This document shows positions 8,101 through 16,708 of a DNA stretch of 64,000 bases, piece after piece; position 1 is the first letter of the stretch, and each line of letters opens with the position of its first letter. The DNA comes from a virus (Duplodnaviria > Caudoviricetes), in the IMG/VR virus record IMGVR_UViG_3300014208_000026, positions 32,001 to 96,000 of that record; one strand, given 5' to 3'. The notes beneath the pieces are model-generated. The model was not told where the DNA came from. It saw only the letters and a list, made by a program, of their open reading frames with translations, and did not search any database. The translations under genes and the position numbers were made by a program.

Positions 8101-9970
8101 TGTACAGAATACCTCTCCCCTGGTTCAACTGTACAGGGATGCGGGCTATCCTGTCGAGAAGGACCGCGGGGCTCCGGACACCAGCGTGATTTCTTTCCCT
8201 GTGGAGGAGCCGAACTTCTGGAAGTCCAAGTCCGACGTTTCTATGTGGGAGCAACTGGCTCTGGTTGAGGACCTTCAGTGGTATTGGGCCGATAATCAGG
8301 TGTCCTGTCTGACAGGGAGCACCCTGGTTAGAACTAGCCAGGGTTGGCTCAGGATGTCCGAGTTGTCTAATTCTATGTTTGGGGAGGACCGCCCAGTTGG
8401 GGCTTATCCTTACTCGGGACCCTTGCAAGCACTCAACGCCGACAATGAGTGGTCTCCGATTTCCGCTCTGGTAGTGAATGAGCCTAAGCCTTTGGTGCGG
8501 GTGGTATGTGAAGGGGGGCAGATTCTTACCGGTACTCCTGAGCACCAGCTTCGGGTGATCGGTCCGGATTTGGAATTTCAGTGGAAGCCTTTGAGTGAGA
8601 TAGGGGTTAACGACTATCTCGTAGAGGTGATCAACCATAAGGGTTACAACTCCACGAACCAGATCGTTCAGCGTAGGTTAGAGAAGTTCCAGTTCTCCGG
8701 AAGGTCGGATGCAGACCGTAATTTCAAGGCTCCTACGTGCATGACAAGAGAATTGGGTGAGCTTTTGGGCTTCATAGTCTCTGATGGGCATATTCACCTA
8801 AGCACAGACCAGGGATTCGGTCTGACTCAGAGATCTTCTGCGACTGCTGTTGTAGACAGGTTTCACGAAATAGTTCCTGAGTTGTTCGGTTCAAAGGTCT
8901 GTACAATTGTTAATGCCCGATTTAACAAGGAGGACCCCGTTCTGTCTCTCGCTGTTAATTCTAAAAAGGGAGCTTTGTGGTTAAGGTGGTTGGGTGTATA
9001 CGACGAGAAAAAGCTGAAACGAGTGCCTTGGCCTGTTATGATGGCTGGAGAAGGGGTTATTAAGGCTTTTTTGCGCGGGGTTACCCTTGACGGGCATTTC
9101 TCTAATACTAATGGGCGTATTTACGTCATGACAACTAACTCTTATAAATTAGCGGAAGAATTGTGTGTGTTACTTAAGCATGTAGGTTTTCAGCCAGCTC
9201 TTTTACCAGCACAGGGCACTGATCACACCATGAAGTCTCCTTATAACGGTAAGGTTTACAACTGTGACCCCACTTGGACTGTCTCTCTGTCTACTGCACA
9301 GTCTGCCCGTTTCATGAGAATGATCGGTTTCGCTGAGGATCACAAGAATGAGGCTTATGCGGAACGCGGGGATAAGCATCGGCACAATCTGTTTGGTGGA
9401 GTTCCCGATTTTGGTCTCAGGGACCGGATGCGGACTCTTGAACATCGGTGTCAGAGTCGTTTCTTGAATGACCATTGGCACGGGGCTTCTTGTCATCCTG
9501 ATAAGGAAGTTTCGAGGGAAACCCTTCTTCAAATGAGGGATATGGGAGAAAGCATTCCGGAGAAACTGCTTCAGGACGATTTTGTGTTCCGTCGTGTTCT
9601 TGCGGTGGAGCCTGCAGAACCCGAAGTGACGTATGATCTCACTGTGACAAATGGGCACAGCTATATTGCGAATGGTTTTGCCTCGCACAACTGCACTGTA
9701 ACTTTCAAACCCGAGGAAGCCAAGGACATCAAGTCGGCTCTCGAAACCTACGAAACCCGTTTGAAGTCCGTGTCTTTCCTGCCTCTCAGGGACCACGGCT
9801 ACGACCAAGCCCCCTACATCGAGATCGACGAGGCTACCTACCGCCAGATGGTGGCTGCAATCAGCCCTGTCGACCTCTCTGTACTTGGCCATGACCAGGA
9901 GGATAAGGGGTGTGACGGGGAAGCTTGCCTCATCAAAGCCCAGGCTATGGCCGCTGAGCAGTCTGCTTAG
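5141..9970 (+). CDS. nrdJ: class II (AdoCbl-dependent) monomeric ribonucleotide reductase with three inteins
   Basis: FLPPGRGLW, LNNC, RWSSNNS, spliced NPCSE..ELC, VKPSGT, C-terminal CDGEAC; ATG 5141 follows a GGAG. Confidence 0.95.
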   Translation: MFVGAQQDRKVRIFSLKPEFVAQYKDKQPPWGPLGYFVYKRTYSRPLFANNPDGPTEEWYQTCQRVVEGVYNIQKHHCRGMGLEWKEEKAQISAKEMYDRMFNFKFLPPGRGLWSMGTDAVMIKGGAILNNCFAGETEILTADGVKKIRDVAGTIQTLLVHDGTWAEAPVRSFGIQKLVKLTVERGGAYKTVFCTANHRWLVSVDPTYPICNISHYGSPVVLNGIEAREVETTLLAEGVPLYSVLPGVGVGPDVEPWFVVSVKETGREEEVFCATVPQYGNFTLADGLLTGNCGFTSTENIKEDFADPFTFLMDMSMLGVGVGGDMLGAGKVKILTPRIKDETFVVEDSREGWVELVGTVLNSFVHKGYMPANIDYTKVRPRGAPLKGFGGTASGPGPLMDLIDSIKKVLTPPEGVESYWITSRHISDIINMIGRCVVAGGIRRSSTILFGDPADEEFQNLKDPTERDALRRELTLLRETEASKVPSVRSLRDSIETLAAQERNAWFLPLQEEVQKCMEGGNHTKATELLKKKQPEETVRLRELRAELKRLVKEESDKSTSVQELEGRLYSLPLEAWRWSSNNSLVATVGMDYTKAAESIAKNGEPGLFWLDNARAFSRMGRKPDWKDKRAKGCNPCFAGDTLIAVADGRGAVPIKDLAETGNDVPVYAMNPETGEVAVQRAWRPRKTRSGAELLEIQFEGGGSLRVTPDHGMLTMDGRKIPASEIRQGFMVPYSQEDLRVEHPFETFECDSVVKPCEVCGRALEVPFGRREESCCSPECFDKLAAREQQGKVWGEGVEARRVSAVVKVRELEDVYNLTVKDFHTVGIALDNNVSCCSIVFTENCSEQTLNSMELCTLVETFPANHDSFDDFAKTLKFAYLYAKTVTLVMTHNQKTNNVMAHNRRIGCSMSGIVQAVHKHGRSEFRNWCKEGYKELLRWDETYSEWLGIPKSIKITSVKPSGTVSLLCNATPGIHFPHSQFYIRNIRVQNTSPLVQLYRDAGYPVEKDRGAPDTSVISFPVEEPNFWKSKSDVSMWEQLALVEDLQWYWADNQVSCLTGSTLVRTSQGWLRMSELSNSMFGEDRPVGAYPYSGPLQALNADNEWSPISALVVNEPKPLVRVVCEGGQILTGTPEHQLRVIGPDLEFQWKPLSEIGVNDYLVEVINHKGYNSTNQIVQRRLEKFQFSGRSDADRNFKAPTCMTRELGELLGFIVSDGHIHLSTDQGFGLTQRSSATAVVDRFHEIVPELFGSKVCTIVNARFNKEDPVLSLAVNSKKGALWLRWLGVYDEKKLKRVPWPVMMAGEGVIKAFLRGVTLDGHFSNTNGRIYVMTTNSYKLAEELCVLLKHVGFQPALLPAQGTDHTMKSPYNGKVYNCDPTWTVSLSTAQSARFMRMIGFAEDHKNEAYAERGDKHRHNLFGGVPDFGLRDRMRTLEHRCQSRFLNDHWHGASCHPDKEVSRETLLQMRDMGESIPEKLLQDDFVFRRVLAVEPAEPEVTYDLTVTNGHSYIANGFASHNCTVTFKPEEAKDIKSALETYETRLKSVSFLPLRDHGYDQAPYIEIDEATYRQMVAAISPVDLSVLGHDQEDKGCDGEACLIKAQAMAAEQSA
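5534..6016 (+). mobile_element. mini-intein 1 in NrdJ (161 aa)
   Basis: Starts CFAGETEIL, has TANHRW block B, ends TGN before Cys. Confidence 0.9.
7049..7672 (+). mobile_element. mini-intein 2 in NrdJ (208 aa) with Cys-rich insert
   Basis: Starts CFAGDTLI, has TPDH block B, ends TEN before Cys, inserted inside NP-C. Confidence 0.9.
8306..9691 (+). mobile_element. intein 3 in NrdJ with LAGLIDADG homing endonuclease (462 aa)
   Basis: Starts CLTGSTLV, has LLGFIVSDG and FLRGVTLDG, ends SHN before Cys. Confidence 0.92.
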
Positions 9971-10019
9971 AAGCCCAGATCGGGTATATAGACGCACGAC
10001 CTTTTGACAGAGGGCCTTT

Positions 10020-12362
10020 GTGACCTCCCCTACTCCTACCTACTACTCCGGCAGAATTAACACCGTCCTCTTCTCCAATCCGGCGAAGTCCTTCTACGTG
10101 TTCAAGATGATGCCTGATGGCCGCTCGGAAACCGTGGCAGTCAGGGGTCAAGTGGTTGGCCTGGATATTGAAGTTGGCACGTGGTTTGGTTTCGAGGCTC
10201 ACTGGGAGAACCACCCCAAGCACGGGCGCCAGTTGGTTATCGACAAAGCCCCCGTGTTCAAGAACGGGTGGGACGCGGACACGGTAGTCCAGTTGTTGAT
10301 TTCCAGTGGGGTAGGGGAGGGCGTGGCTCATTCCCTCAAGAAGACTTTTGGATCTAACCTCCCCCAGGCACTCCTGGATGCTGAAACCCTACAGTCCAGC
10401 CCTGGCATTTCGAAGTTCACGGCTCAGCTTATCTCGTCCAAGTGGGATTCCATCCGAGCCTATCACGAGACCTTGAACTTCCTTCTCAAGATCGGCGTCC
10501 CCCAGGGGCAGATTCGTTCCCTGTGGTCCATGTACCGAGAGAAAGCGGAAGAGGTGATGAGTCGCAATCCGTGGGCTCTCACCCGCATTGACGGGATCAG
10601 TTTCGAAGTAGCTGACGAGATTGCCAGTCGTTTGAATATCCCCCTCGACTGTCCTGAGAGAGTTCAGGGAGCGGTGCTCTACGTAAACCGGTCCCAGAAG
10701 GAGTCTGGTCACCTCTATTTGAGTTCGGGAGATATCCTGAATGCCGTACGGAGGTATATCCCTGGAGTGACCCCGAAGGCAATCGGTGAGGCTCTGGTTA
10801 CTGCGAGTAAGGAGAAGTTGTTGGTACTCGACCGAGAAACCCGTCCTGGGTTGACGGCTGTATACGAGCCTTGGGGGTACAGGGTAGAGAATGAGTGCGC
10901 CCGTCTCCTGCATGACCGCGTTCGAACTGCGGGGGTCGGGGATCCTGTAGCCTATGCGGAGGCCCTCACCTCTTTGGGGGTTGTAGTTGAGCGGAAGTCG
11001 GAAGATACCTTGAAGCAAACGGTCGACAAGGTTGTAGATGGTTGGGGGAAGGTGTTGGGGTTGCAGCTTTCCCCCGACCAGATTCGAGGGGTAAGAAACG
11101 CCCTGATTGAGCCCGTGTCGATTATCAACGGTCTGCCCGGGACAGGAAAGACGGCTTCTCTGAAAGTCGTCGTCAAGATCCTTCAGGCTATCGGGGAGCC
11201 TTACCTACTCGTTGCACCTACGGGGATTGCAGCGAAGAGGTTGGAGGCTTTGACAGGCGCCAAGGCTGCTACGATCCATCGGGCGTTCGGGGCCCAGAAC
11301 GTCAGTTCGGATGAAGGAAGAGAAGCCACGTACGAGGGCATTGTTGGAACGGGGACCGGAGCCAAGACGGACGCGGAGGGGGAAGTTTGGGAGTACGGGG
11401 ACGGAAACACACATACTGCCAGGGTTATAGTCGGAGATGAGTTCAGCATGGCAGACCAGCACCTTCTGTACCGTATTTTATCATGTACTTCCGATAAATG
11501 CCGTTTGGTGTTTGTTGGAGATGCAGCGCAGCTTCCGAGTGTTGGCCCGGGGAATGTACTGAGGGATTTGGCTGGAAGCCAGAAGTTCCCTGTGGTGGCC
11601 CTCACCCAGATTTTCCGACAGGACCACACGAGCGGGATTGTTCCGGCGGCTCATGCGATCGTCCACGGAGAATTCCCCAAGACGGGTTGCGGAGCAGAAG
11701 ATGATTTTGTGTTGTTGGAGCGTGAGGGTGAGGCGGAGGTTTACAACACGATCCTGGGTTTGGCGGATCGGATGTACCGGCAGAGGATTCAGTTTCAGAT
11801 TCTCAGCCCGAAGCATGATGGGCCGGTAGGAGTCACGGCGTTGAATGCGGGGCTGAGGGAACTGCTCAATCCCGCAGCCGAAGGGCTCTTGGAAACTCGC
11901 ATGGGGCGGAACATCGTGCGGGAAGGGGACCGCGTCATGGTCGTCAAGAACAACTACAAGCTGGGGGTCTATAACGGGGACATCGGGAAGGTGAACCGCA
12001 TCAACCGGAAGACCGAGGAGATCGAAGTCAAGATTTTCGGGAATCCGGTACTATTTGTACCATTTAAGTTCAGTGAGTTTGCTGTTTATGTACGAATGGC
12101 GTTTGCCTGCAGCATTCATAAGAGCCAATCGCAGGAATTTGATAGGGTGATTGTACCTCTGGTCGACTCATTCAAGCACCAGCTACAGAGAAACCTGCTT
12201 TATACGGCGGTTACGCGAGCCAAGAAGAAGGTTTACCTTGTGGGGACGAAGACCGCTCTGGCTCGGGCCGTGGAGAATGACCGCGAGGATCGGCGGAACA
12301 CCTTGTTTCGGGATCGTTTGGAGAAAGCTTTCCAGAAGGGAACCGACAAAGATGAAGCCTGA
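10020..12362 (+). CDS. recD2: RecD2-like SF1B helicase
   Basis: N-terminal OB and HhH region, GLPGTGKT, VGDEFSM, VGDAAQLPSVG, SIHKSQSQE, LLYTAVTRA. Confidence 0.92.
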   Translation: MTSPTPTYYSGRINTVLFSNPAKSFYVFKMMPDGRSETVAVRGQVVGLDIEVGTWFGFEAHWENHPKHGRQLVIDKAPVFKNGWDADTVVQLLISSGVGEGVAHSLKKTFGSNLPQALLDAETLQSSPGISKFTAQLISSKWDSIRAYHETLNFLLKIGVPQGQIRSLWSMYREKAEEVMSRNPWALTRIDGISFEVADEIASRLNIPLDCPERVQGAVLYVNRSQKESGHLYLSSGDILNAVRRYIPGVTPKAIGEALVTASKEKLLVLDRETRPGLTAVYEPWGYRVENECARLLHDRVRTAGVGDPVAYAEALTSLGVVVERKSEDTLKQTVDKVVDGWGKVLGLQLSPDQIRGVRNALIEPVSIINGLPGTGKTASLKVVVKILQAIGEPYLLVAPTGIAAKRLEALTGAKAATIHRAFGAQNVSSDEGREATYEGIVGTGTGAKTDAEGEVWEYGDGNTHTARVIVGDEFSMADQHLLYRILSCTSDKCRLVFVGDAAQLPSVGPGNVLRDLAGSQKFPVVALTQIFRQDHTSGIVPAAHAIVHGEFPKTGCGAEDDFVLLEREGEAEVYNTILGLADRMYRQRIQFQILSPKHDGPVGVTALNAGLRELLNPAAEGLLETRMGRNIVREGDRVMVVKNNYKLGVYNGDIGKVNRINRKTEEIEVKIFGNPVLFVPFKFSEFAVYVRMAFACSIHKSQSQEFDRVIVPLVDSFKHQLQRNLLYTAVTRAKKKVYLVGTKTALARAVENDREDRRNTLFRDRLEKAFQKGTDKDEA

Positions 12363-13734
12363 GATTTTGATCCTTCCCGTAGGGGACAATCCGCCGAAGG
12401 CTACTCTGTACTACGGACAGCACGTTTTGGACGTTCTGAAGGAGTTGCCGGACGAGAGTGTTCATGCGATCGTGACAAGCCCGCCTTACTATTCTTTGAG
12501 GCGGTACGGAACAGAGCCGGTGATTTTCGGGGGAGATTCGGAGTGTATTCACGAGTGGTCCGGTTCAGAGGAAGAAGGTCAGTGGACGTGTTCTAAGTGT
12601 GGGGCTTGGAAGGGGGAGTTAGGGCAAGAGCCCTCCCCCGAACTTTTTGTTTTGCATCTCGTCGAGATCCTCCATGAAGCGAAGCGGGTTCTTCGGTCGG
12701 ACGGCCAACTTTGGCTTAACCTCGGGGATAGCTTTGCTAACGACACGAAGTGGGGCGGGTCGAGCGGAGGGAAACACGTCAAGGCCCTTCACGGGGATAC
12801 AGGGATTGGGCGAGATAAGAAGTCGACGGGACTAATGCCGAAGAGCCTCATTGGAATTCCTTGGCGGGTAGCTCTGGCTCTCCAAGAAGATGGCTGGTGT
12901 CTTCGCAACGACAATATTTGGGCAAAGAAAAATTCTATGCCATCACCCGTTTCAGACAGGTTCTCTTGTAAGCACGAACACATTTTCCTGTTGACCAAGG
13001 AACCGCACTATTTCTTTGACCTGGAAGCTGTGCGGGTGCCTTTCGAGTCAGGCAGTTATGACGAGGACGGGAATCACTGTCCTTCTCAAAACTGGTTTGA
13101 GAAGAATGAGGGGGAGCGGAAGATTGACAACATAGAGGCGAACCTGGGGGATATGTCGGGGCCTCCCCGTAGAGTTGGGCGAGGGCTTTTCAATCCAGGA
13201 GGGAAGAATCCCGGGGATGTGTGGCACTTAGCTACCCACCCGTACCCCAAGGCTCATTTTGCTTGTTGGCCACCCGCTATCCCCGAACGTTGTATCAAAG
13301 CCGGTACCAGTGAGCGTGGGTATTGCCCTGTCTGCGGTGCTCCGTGGATTCGACAGGTAGAGAAAGAGAAGATTCCGGACCGACCCAATCGAGTGCAGGG
13401 TAGGGAGGGGGACACGCTCGGGGAGGCCCACGGAAAGGACGGGAGGTCCGGTTCTCGATGTAGCCTGTCCGTTCGTACTTTGGGTTGGGAGCCTTCGTGT
13501 GATTGTGGGTCAGACCTGCCCCTTACCCGTGCTGTGGTGCTTGACCTCTTTAGTGGGTCAGGCACTACAGGCATGGTCGCTCTTCAGTTGGGTAGGGACT
13601 ACATCGGAATCGACCGGTCCGAGAAATACTTGCCGATGGCCAAGGAACGGATTTCGGGTATAGAGGAGGCTCCTGAGAGCCCTGTCTCACAGGACGGGAC
13701 GCAGCCTAGCATCACCGACCTTTTCGGCCGATAG
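12352..13734 (+). CDS. N6A/N4C DNA methyltransferase (beta class) with Zn-finger inserts
   Basis: VTSPPY, DLFSGSGTT; ATG 12352 overlaps the end of recD2. Confidence 0.9.
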   Translation: MKPEILILPVGDNPPKATLYYGQHVLDVLKELPDESVHAIVTSPPYYSLRRYGTEPVIFGGDSECIHEWSGSEEEGQWTCSKCGAWKGELGQEPSPELFVLHLVEILHEAKRVLRSDGQLWLNLGDSFANDTKWGGSSGGKHVKALHGDTGIGRDKKSTGLMPKSLIGIPWRVALALQEDGWCLRNDNIWAKKNSMPSPVSDRFSCKHEHIFLLTKEPHYFFDLEAVRVPFESGSYDEDGNHCPSQNWFEKNEGERKIDNIEANLGDMSGPPRRVGRGLFNPGGKNPGDVWHLATHPYPKAHFACWPPAIPERCIKAGTSERGYCPVCGAPWIRQVEKEKIPDRPNRVQGREGDTLGEAHGKDGRSGSRCSLSVRTLGWEPSCDCGSDLPLTRAVVLDLFSGSGTTGMVALQLGRDYIGIDRSEKYLPMAKERISGIEEAPESPVSQDGTQPSITDLFGR

Positions 13735-13774
13735 GGTATAGTAGGGTCGTCACTGCTTTCTGCATGAGGCCCCT

Positions 13775-15112
13775 ATGCCAGATACCACCACCACTTCAAT
13801 CCAGTCGTTCGAGGATCTCGTCAGCGTCTCCGATATCGAGAAGACTTACCGCAGTCTGGCTCCGATGGAAGTCGAGCTGGACGATGACCCCCTGGCTTAT
13901 GGCCCGAAGCGGTTGAACCTCAAGACCTCTGAGGTTCGTCGCTGTCTATCCCAGTTGGAGCGTTCCTTTTCAGAGTGGAGCCGCCAGCGGGCTACTTTGA
14001 ATCGGAGGGTTATCAAGATCAGTGCTCTCATTGAGCAGAAGATGCAAGACCTCATGGAGAACGACCCCTTGGTCCGTTCCGGTTCTTCCCGTCTCGACAG
14101 GGAGGACAGGGCGAATCGGCGGATGCGGGAGGAAGTCTCGGAGAAGACGCGGCTGGAAGAAGCCATTAATGAGATTGACAGTCTGCTTGTGGTGATCAAA
14201 GCCAAGCGGGCGGACTTGAAGGATGTTTCCGGTCGAATCAAGGACCAACTGAAGATATGCCAGGAAGAGTTAGGCCTGGGGGCTCGTTGGGGGTCCAGAC
14301 TGCCAGCGAACGCCGCTTCTATTGAGTTGGTCCCAGGTCTCGGGGCTGGAATGCTCGACACGGCTCAGGATTTGGATTCTGAATTGGAGTCTTTGATTGC
14401 CGTAGAGGAATCTGACGAGAGGAGTCGGAACACCACTCCGGCGTGGATGGATGAGGAACCTGTAGCCGAAGAGGTAGAGGAGGCCGTCGAGACGTCCGAA
14501 GAAGAGGAGCCTGAGATTCTGGTGAGCCAAGAGGTTCTGGGGGATGGAGAAAGCCCCCAGGCCATTGAGGCTGAGGTTGAGTGTTTGGCGGACGAGGTTG
14601 GTGCTCTTGTCTCAGAGCCGGAAGTGCTCGTTCAGGACAGCGGTCCGGTCGAACCAGAGGTAGTCGTTCCGGTTGAAGTGAAGGAAGAGCCCAAGCTGGA
14701 CTTGGATTTTGATCTAGGGGCTCTGCTCTCGGATGAACCTCCTGCTGTCCAGGAAGAGGAAGCCGTCGTTGAGGTTACTGTCCCTGCCCCAGAGGAGAAG
14801 GAGGAATGCTTTCCGATTCCTGAGGTAACAGAGCCCGAGGCGATTGTTTTGGAAGAACCTCCCGTTCTTGTCGCGGATACCGCCCCTGTTACCGAAGCGC
14901 CTCTTTCTCCTGCGGCTGAGGTAGAGGCTCTGTTCCTGGGGGTTTCGATCCCTTCTGGGGATTTCGATAGTGTCCAGGACCATCCTTTGGACTCCTTGCT
15001 GGCTGGAATCACCGAATCCAAGAGCACGGACAAGGTTGCCAGTGCCGTGGATTCCTTTGGTCTTCTCGTCACGCACGACGAAGAGATCATCAACGCCCTG
15101 ACCAACGACTGA
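13775..15112 (+). CDS. coiled-coil protein with long acidic tail, possibly a UvsY-like recombination mediator
   Basis: Helical N-terminal ~170 aa then Glu/Pro-rich region; sits next to ssb, ruvC and recA. Confidence 0.45.
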   Translation: MPDTTTTSIQSFEDLVSVSDIEKTYRSLAPMEVELDDDPLAYGPKRLNLKTSEVRRCLSQLERSFSEWSRQRATLNRRVIKISALIEQKMQDLMENDPLVRSGSSRLDREDRANRRMREEVSEKTRLEEAINEIDSLLVVIKAKRADLKDVSGRIKDQLKICQEELGLGARWGSRLPANAASIELVPGLGAGMLDTAQDLDSELESLIAVEESDERSRNTTPAWMDEEPVAEEVEEAVETSEEEEPEILVSQEVLGDGESPQAIEAEVECLADEVGALVSEPEVLVQDSGPVEPEVVVPVEVKEEPKLDLDFDLGALLSDEPPAVQEEEAVVEVTVPAPEEKEECFPIPEVTEPEAIVLEEPPVLVADTAPVTEAPLSPAAEVEALFLGVSIPSGDFDSVQDHPLDSLLAGITESKSTDKVASAVDSFGLLVTHDEEIINALTND

Positions 15113-15249
15113 AAAATGACCCTGTTTGTCGTTTTCCCCGAAGAGACGGGACGCCGATAGAGTATATATAAGATCGGCTGGTCAAGCGACCTGTGGGAAC
15201 CTGTCAAAGACCGAGCCGAGAACAACCACTGTGAGAAGAGGTAAAAGAG

Positions 15250-16023
15250 ATGAGTGACCAAGAACTGCTGCAAGAGATCGGAGCGATGGAGTTCGGGATC
15301 GATTCGGGCGACGATGACGTTGGTCGGAAGCACAATCGTTGGAGCCCGAAGGAAGGCGTGTTCCGTGTTTCGTTCTTCTGGTGGAACGGCATGGACAAGG
15401 GCACGATTGACCCGTCGGCTCTGGAGGCCAAGTCTCCGAAGTTCGTCCAGGTCAAGACGTTGTTCGACGACGCCATTGGGACCAACTTCTTTGCCAAGGG
15501 CCCTGAGTACCTGAAGCTCTGCCCTGGCAAGCAGGTCAAGGAGTACATCGGCTCGATCATCGTTGTGTGGCCGATCCAGGCTGACGGTGAGATCGATATG
15601 GTTGCCGTCAAGGCGGGCAAGGCCAAGGTCTACGTTTGGCGCATGCCTCCCGACAAATATGACCAGATCAAGTCCCAGCACCGCAAGTTCCACCTGGGGG
15701 CTTCGGACGTGGAAGTGACGGTCACGGACGCCACCTACCAGAAGATGACGTTCCAGCCCTACGGCAAGTCGTTCCTCAAGCAGCTTGTCGCTAAGTATGA
15801 GGAGCCGGGGATCAAGACCGTTCTCCAGCCGCTGCTGGACAAGGCCAAGAGCCTGATCGAAGTCGGCGTGGCTTCGGAGCTGGCCCTGAACCTGTCTCTG
15901 GACGAGCTTCGTGAGCGTATGGGCAAGGGCTCTCCGGCCACTGCCACGGCGCATGCGACTGCTTCCAGCGGTGAAGTGGACGCCGAACTCGACGGTCTGA
16001 TCGATCCCACGAGCAACGACTAG
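15250..16023 (+). CDS. probable single-stranded DNA-binding protein
   Basis: 257 aa, aromatic beta-rich core, acidic C-terminal tail, strong codon bias, recombination context. Confidence 0.65.
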   Translation: MSDQELLQEIGAMEFGIDSGDDDVGRKHNRWSPKEGVFRVSFFWWNGMDKGTIDPSALEAKSPKFVQVKTLFDDAIGTNFFAKGPEYLKLCPGKQVKEYIGSIIVVWPIQADGEIDMVAVKAGKAKVYVWRMPPDKYDQIKSQHRKFHLGASDVEVTVTDATYQKMTFQPYGKSFLKQLVAKYEEPGIKTVLQPLLDKAKSLIEVGVASELALNLSLDELRERMGKGSPATATAHATASSGEVDAELDGLIDPTSND

Positions 16024-16047
16024 TCCCAGATTGCGAGGGGTCGAGAC

Positions 16048-16707
16048 ATGAGAGTTCTCGGTCTTGACCCCTCGCTTTCTCAGTTCGGTTGGGCACTCGT
16101 CGAGCTTTCCGGTCCTGAAGGCTATGCTCAGTGCCTGAGTCGTGGAAGGTTGAGGGCGCCTGCTCGCAATTTTCCTGCTTTCGTCCAGCGATACCTCCAC
16201 CAGCGGGACGAGTTGAGAACTGTGATTCAAGAACAGAAACCCGACAAAGTGTCTATCGAGTCCCCCATCTTTGGGGAAATGTACTCGGAGGGCATGTACG
16301 GGCTGTTTCTCTATTGTCACGAGGCTTTGTTGCTGGAAGGTATGGACGCCGTGCATTTCTCTCCTGGACAGACCAAAGCTTGTGCTCGGGAATGCATTCC
16401 GCGTCCTCCGAAGTGGAAGATGGAGAAAGAGGATATGGTCGAGGCCGCCAAAACCGTATCCGGTATCAAGAAGTCCTGGAATCACAACGAGGCGGATGCT
16501 TACTGGGCGGCTCACTTGGGGGCTAGGTTCTGGCTCCTTCGGGAAGGGGCAATCCAGGAAGAACACCTGGGAGCCAGGGAGCGGGATCTCTTCCTGGAGA
16601 TCCACAAGTATATGAAGGGTAAGAAGGCGGGGCAGACGGAGTATTCCGGTCTGCTCTATCGGGAAGACGATCGTTTCTTCCTGTGGTCACAACTGAAGGA
16701 GGCGTAA
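16048..16707 (+). CDS. ruvC: RuvC-like Holliday junction resolvase
   Basis: MRVLGLDPS, IESP, HNEADA. Confidence 0.88.
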   Translation: MRVLGLDPSLSQFGWALVELSGPEGYAQCLSRGRLRAPARNFPAFVQRYLHQRDELRTVIQEQKPDKVSIESPIFGEMYSEGMYGLFLYCHEALLLEGMDAVHFSPGQTKACARECIPRPPKWKMEKEDMVEAAKTVSGIKKSWNHNEADAYWAAHLGARFWLLREGAIQEEHLGARERDLFLEIHKYMKGKKAGQTEYSGLLYREDDRFFLWSQLKEA

Positions 16708-16708
16708 C

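Noticed and set aside
12151-12351. ORF-track upstream extensions (12151, 19442, 22847, 24477, 26188, 29548, 30535, 51807, 53753, 61900)
   Set aside because: They overlap upstream genes; downstream starts with RBS or stop-start coupling fit better
14632-16605. 657 aa minus-strand ORF
   Set aside because: Antisense shadow of strongly codon-biased ssb and ruvC genes; no recognisable motifs
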